Positions 59,795 to 64,000 of a stretch of 64,000 nt of DNA are shown here, one piece after another. Source of the DNA: Polyangiaceae bacterium (GTDB lineage Bacteria > Myxococcota_A > Polyangia > Polyangiales > Polyangiaceae); assembly GCA_033763455.1 (NCBI GenBank), contig JANRKO010000023.1:1-64000 (forward strand), in the 5' to 3' direction. The stretch's first letter is position 1, and the number at the start of each line of letters is the position of its first letter. The notes under the pieces are model-generated. The model ran no database searches. It was not told where the DNA came from and was given only the letters and a program-made list of their open reading frames with translations. A program made the position numbers and the translations under genes.

Positions 59795-60910
59795 TTACTG
59801 AGGTGAAGCTGCGGGGCCGCCCTCTTCAACACCTGAAGCCCCACCTAACCCGCTGCCCACTCCGGCCGCAGGTGGATCAATGGTACTCGGCAAACTCGGT
59901 ACTTCCCGCAGGGCGAAGGCCAGTGGGTCCTGAAAGGACGCTATGATCGCGGGAGTAGAAAGCGACAGCAGATCGATTTTTTCCGCGCTGGCCATCTGCA
60001 ATCTTATTCGATGCCCCGTCTTCCATCGCCATTCAAGCCGCGCCTCGGCCTTGCCTTGGCCCAAGCACACCAAAAATGCAGTCGCGCTCGTGCAGACCGA
60101 CGGCACCTCGTAGCGCGAAAGAATGGGCGAGCCAAAACGCTCTGAAATCGCGCGGCGATAGTCGCGAAAAGCGTGCTCCCAAAGCTTGGCGTCGTTGGCT
60201 GCCGGGCGTGCCATGAACACCACTTCGCAGAGCCCTTTGTTGCCGCAAAACGTGAGATAGGTAGCGGCCTCACCACGCACAAATCGGCCCGAGCAGCGCC
60301 AGCGCTGAAGCCCTTCATCCGCAACGTTCGGCTCCTCGCTAAACTCAAAGCCAGACCCAACGCAGACCTTTTCGGCTTGGCTCACGTCCGCCCCGAAGCG
60401 AAACCCCCCAGCGCCGTCAGGCGGCGGCTTCTTGTCAACGGCATCTTCTTGCCACGGCGGCTGAACCACCGTTTCGGAGGGCCACTCCGACCGACGCACT
60501 TGGGTGACCCATTTGGCTTCTCTAGGCTCCGCGGAAGCTGCTCCCCTTGCAGCTGAAGCTTTGCGCAACTTCCGGCACATACTCGCAGTTTCAAAACCGT
60601 AAGCTGCGGAGAACCCGAAAGCGGTAGCTAGCCCCGCGTCTGCAAGAGCCAGCGCGGTCTGGTCGTCGCCGTACATTTCCGGAGAAGCTAGAGCGGTAAA
60701 CGCTCCGATTACCCCCAGCGCGGTCCAGACCGCGTCGAACACGGGCGCAACGCGACGCTCCGAACACGGGGTTGTTGCACCGTGGTCGGGACGCTCCATA
60801 AATGTCCACGAACAACCAGCGCTTGTGACTACCAGGGGCACCAACACGCTCAGCACAGGCTTGCTCCGCCATCGCGCAGGACGCCCGCAAGCTTGATTCA
60901 CCATAACCAC
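59795..60910 (-). CDS. Hypothetical membrane/lipoprotein
   Basis: Hydrophobic segment with SAGC, two further hydrophobic helices and a Cys-containing C-terminal domain. Confidence 0.6.
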   Translation of the reverse strand: MVMVNQACGRPARWRSKPVLSVLVPLVVTSAGCSWTFMERPDHGATTPCSERRVAPVFDAVWTALGVIGAFTALASPEMYGDDQTALALADAGLATAFGFSAAYGFETASMCRKLRKASAARGAASAEPREAKWVTQVRRSEWPSETVVQPPWQEDAVDKKPPPDGAGGFRFGADVSQAEKVCVGSGFEFSEEPNVADEGLQRWRCSGRFVRGEAATYLTFCGNKGLCEVVFMARPAANDAKLWEHAFRDYRRAISERFGSPILSRYEVPSVCTSATAFLVCLGQGKAEARLEWRWKTGHRIRLQMASAEKIDLLSLSTPAIIASFQDPLAFALREVPSLPSTIDPPAAGVGSGLGGASGVEEGGPAASPQ

Positions 60911-61100
60911 ACCACCGAAGTACCGATGAGCAGATCATTGTTTCGCGCTTGGAGCAAGCTTCCCGTGCGTGGGGCGAGAGTCCTTCAGCGATCGACGGCC
61001 CTTCAACGATCAACTCAGTGGGCCTAGGGAAATCCCTCGCCCGCGTTCGCGCAAAGGCCGGCAATTGGCATCCGGGGCCTAGAGCCGCTACGACGCTCAC

Positions 61101-61874
61101 ATGCAGCCCGTAGTCGTTGTGGGTCCAGGAGAGATTGGTAGAACATTTGCCTCGGGCTGGCTTCGGCTGGGTTACCCCGTGTTTCCGGTCATTCGGGGGC
61201 AATCCTTGGCGGATGCTGCGCAAGCAGTTGAGTCGCCCGCGCTGGTTCTAGTTTCCGTTGGCGAGTTAGAGCTTGCTGCGACGCTTGAGAATCTGCCAAT
61301 GCCTTGGCGAGATCGCGTAGCGCTCGTACAGAATGAATTGGTGCCCAGCATCTGGGAGGCCCACGCCATCTCCCCTTCGGTTAGCATTGTGTGGTTCGAA
61401 AAGCGGGCTGGCCAAGCCCCTCGAGTACTCCTGCCTTCAGTGAACTTTGGGCCAAAAGAGCAACTGCTTGGCGAAGCGCTAGGAGCCCTTAGCATTGCAA
61501 GCAGGCCTATCTATGAGCAGAGCGAACTCAGCTATGAGCTCGCAAAAAAGAACCTGTATATTCTCACGTTGAATCTCGCAGGCCTCCGCACTCAGGGCAA
61601 TGCGGGTCACCTGCTCTCACTGCACCACAGCCTCTTTCGCACTGTGGCCAAGGAAGTGATTCAGTTGCAGTCGGCTTTGATGTCTCAGCCTTTACCCGAG
61701 GCGCAGCTCATCGGGGATCTCGAAAGCGCCATCCTCGCGGATCCTGAACACGGGTGTTTGGGTCGTACCGCACGTGAGCGGCTTGCACGCGCACTCAGAA
61801 ACGCACAAGTACACGGACTCACGCTGCCAACGCTTGAAAGCCTGGGTGTCGAATTTCTTAGCGCTCAACCTTGA
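61101..61874 (+). CDS. Rossmann-fold protein, ketopantoate-reductase-like
   Basis: VVVVGPGEIG dinucleotide motif, LVQN, KN.....N. Confidence 0.55.
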   Translation: MQPVVVVGPGEIGRTFASGWLRLGYPVFPVIRGQSLADAAQAVESPALVLVSVGELELAATLENLPMPWRDRVALVQNELVPSIWEAHAISPSVSIVWFEKRAGQAPRVLLPSVNFGPKEQLLGEALGALSIASRPIYEQSELSYELAKKNLYILTLNLAGLRTQGNAGHLLSLHHSLFRTVAKEVIQLQSALMSQPLPEAQLIGDLESAILADPEHGCLGRTARERLARALRNAQVHGLTLPTLESLGVEFLSAQP

Positions 61875-63621
61875 GCACGCTAAGAGCTTCTTCGATGGCC
61901 CCGATTTCGAGAGGCTTCTGTAGCTGAATGCTCTCAGTCGCTCGCAAGAACTCTTGGACGCGCCGTGTGAAGACTCCCCCGCTCGAAAATACCAAGCGAG
62001 AAATCAGCTCAGGGGCCTTTTCAGTTACCGCCGTGTGAATATCCACGCCATCCACGTCTGGCATCATGAGGTCGCACACAATCAAATCGAAATTCCCGCC
62101 CTGAAGGATGCGCCCCAAGCCTTTCGCACCGCCTTCGGCTATCTCGATATCATGGTAGCGGCTGAGCGAACGCTGATAGGCGCGTAAGAGCTGTACTTCA
62201 TCGTCAATAATCAGGAGCTTCTTCCGAGAACCCACCTTGTTGCGGGGAGGCCGCGACGTTTCCGCCCACCCCGGCACCAGCCCGTTATTGAACGGCAACC
62301 GCACCTCGAATACCGTGGGCCCCCCGGGCTTGCTCTGTACGCTGATCTCGCCGAGATGGTCGCGCACAATGTTGGCACAGAGGGCGAGCCCAAGGCCGGT
62401 GCCCACATCTCGACTTTTGGTGGTGAAGAAGGGTTGAAAGATCTTGGCGCGCGTCTCTGGATCGATGCCCCTTCCGCTATCTTCAACGGTCACCAGTAAG
62501 CAGTCTTCGGTAGCCTCGGTCGCCACGCGGATACGGTGTTGGCCGGGGGCAGCTTCTTCGATCGCTTGCGCTGCATTGGTGAGGAGATTGGTAACCACCT
62601 GGATGAGCCGGCTACGGCTCGCAACGATGGTGCGTGTGGCCTTGAGCGACTCCTCGAGCCGGGCGCGATAACGGATCTGCGTATGGCAGACTTTGCACGC
62701 CGTCTTCACGATTTCGTTGATGTCGACTACCTCTGTATCGTCACGTTCAATGCGAGCGAAGGCTCGGAGCTCCTTTACTGTGGAGGTAATGCGCTGCACA
62801 CCATCCAAACTGTCCCGCAGCATCTCGCCCACCTCGGCGAAGCTGCGCCCCCCATGCTCCAGCTCGGAAAGGGCTAAAATTGCCGCAAAATCATCGCAAT
62901 ATTTGGCCTTTAGGTTTTCTATCGCTCGCTCGGCCCGAGCCATCTCGCGGCAAACCTCCGACAGATATACCGAGACGAACGCTGCCGGATTGCTGATCTC
63001 GTGCGCTACCCCTGCGGCTAATTCACCAATTGCCGCCAGCTTACTCGAGTGCACCAGCTGTGCGCGCGCCTCGCGTAGGCTCTCATGCGCCAGCCCAAGA
63101 TCACGCTCACGGCGCACCTGCTGCGTGATATCGCGAATGCTCAACAAACAAAGGTGTTGGCCGCCGGCCTGGAAGTTGGCAGCGGTGAGGTCACCATAGA
63201 AGGGCAAGCTATCTTCGCGAACGAACTGCAAGCGTGATCGACTCACCCGCGAGCTTGCTAGAAGCTCAGATAAGAGCTCGCGATCCGCTCCTGAAGAAGC
63301 TGGCGCAAACAACTCTGGCAATGAGCTATTCAAGAAAGCATGGGGCGTGCGACCAAAGAGGTCAGCTGCCGCTGCATTGACCTCCACGAACCTGCCCGAG
63401 TTGCGATCAACCACCAACACCGCATCCCGAGTGCTCTCAATCAACGCGCGGTAACGATCTTCGAAGGACCCGAGCTCGGGTGTAAGCTCCGGCACTGCAG
63501 TGGACGTGCGCAAGCGTGTCTCGGAGTTGGCCGTGACACTACCGAAGGGCAGGGTACTGGTGCGGGGACGGTAACGAGGCATCAATGTACGGCTTCCGCG
63601 AAGACACGGATTGGCAAGCAT
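61858..63621 (-). CDS. Hybrid histidine kinase PAS-HisKA-HATPase-REC (start may be 63582)
   Basis: PAS; AGVAHEISNP, NLLTNA, DSG.G, PFFTTK, GTGLGL; C-terminal IDDE/DLMMP/KP receiver. Confidence 0.92.
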   Translation of the reverse strand: MLANPCLRGSRTLMPRYRPRTSTLPFGSVTANSETRLRTSTAVPELTPELGSFEDRYRALIESTRDAVLVVDRNSGRFVEVNAAAADLFGRTPHAFLNSSLPELFAPASSGADRELLSELLASSRVSRSRLQFVREDSLPFYGDLTAANFQAGGQHLCLLSIRDITQQVRRERDLGLAHESLREARAQLVHSSKLAAIGELAAGVAHEISNPAAFVSVYLSEVCREMARAERAIENLKAKYCDDFAAILALSELEHGGRSFAEVGEMLRDSLDGVQRITSTVKELRAFARIERDDTEVVDINEIVKTACKVCHTQIRYRARLEESLKATRTIVASRSRLIQVVTNLLTNAAQAIEEAAPGQHRIRVATEATEDCLLVTVEDSGRGIDPETRAKIFQPFFTTKSRDVGTGLGLALCANIVRDHLGEISVQSKPGGPTVFEVRLPFNNGLVPGWAETSRPPRNKVGSRKKLLIIDDEVQLLRAYQRSLSRYHDIEIAEGGAKGLGRILQGGNFDLIVCDLMMPDVDGVDIHTAVTEKAPELISRLVFSSGGVFTRRVQEFLRATESIQLQKPLEIGAIEEALSVLKVER

Positions 63622-63849
63622 CGGATGATACAGAAATTCAGCCTGTGGTCATCCTGCGAATAACATCTGAGTAAGCTTAGGAGATCGTGTGCACACCACA
63701 CTGAACGGGTGAGCGCTGTTTGATCAGCGGCAACAAAAATGTCACGAGAGAGCCACCGATGCATGGGCCCGGTAGCTGGCCTCTGGCTGACAACTGGAAA
63801 GTGGGTATTCCTCGTCAGTTCGTGCGAGTCTCCGGCAGGCAGTATCCCT

Positions 63850-63871
63850 TGCGGATTGAATGCGGATTGAA
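63850..63871. repeat. Perfect 11-bp tandem repeat tgcggattgaa x2
   Basis: Read directly; intergenic, about 45 bp upstream of the ATG at 63917. Confidence 0.8.
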
Positions 63872-63916
63872 CCGGATGACCGGGTTGGGATAACAGGCCG
63901 AGGCAGGTCCTAAATC

Positions 63917-64000
63917 ATGAGCACGCTCCTAAGTTGGATTCGACGCTGGCAGTCCACTCTCATCGTTGCGGGCTTCTTGGCCGGCGTCCTCTATTTCACG
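63917..64000 (+). CDS. Possible gene start running off the window (membrane or signal N-terminus)
   Basis: ATG with GAGG/AGG upstream; open frame MSTLLSWIRRWQSTLIVAGFLAGVLYFT to the window end. Confidence 0.45.
   Translation, partial: MSTLLSWIRRWQSTLIVAGFLAGVLYFT

Noticed and set aside
63625..63845. Structured ncRNA or riboswitch in the final intergenic region
   Set aside because: Only weak imperfect stems and no family signature recognised; an Rfam/Infernal scan would be needed

Overview
Mostly chromosomal, GC-rich DNA. The gene content (myxobacterial Cys-rich repeat/fibro-slime lipoprotein, Ser/Thr kinase-FGE fusion, CarH-linked crt genes, many lipoproteins) suggests Myxococcota, probably Polyangiaceae-like; this is inferred from gene content only. 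The window opens in the right end of an IS3-family element inserted into an AraC gene. It then carries purB, a crtY-crtE-crtI-crtB-orf190-carH-photolyase operon with a visible 11-bp-phased operator, a divergent two-domain multicopper oxidase plus frameshifted TolC, a PAS/REC phosphorelay, GH29, ilvD, sahR-ahcY, pgk and recCBD. The best candidate for an undescribed system is a three-gene MNIO (DUF692) RiPP-like locus at 47227-49360. Its putative precursor is a predicted lipoprotein with a long Ala/Pro/Glu stalk and a C-terminal GCGAGTCG core, preceded by a TGATCC-N16-CGTA ECF-sigma-type promoter. The second candidate is an uncharacterised membrane protein inside the crt operon with a duplicated DxxxH...ExxxH motif, possibly a di-metal carotenoid-modifying enzyme. 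No rRNA, tRNA or CRISPR array was recognised. All calls come from motif recognition by eye; no searches were run.
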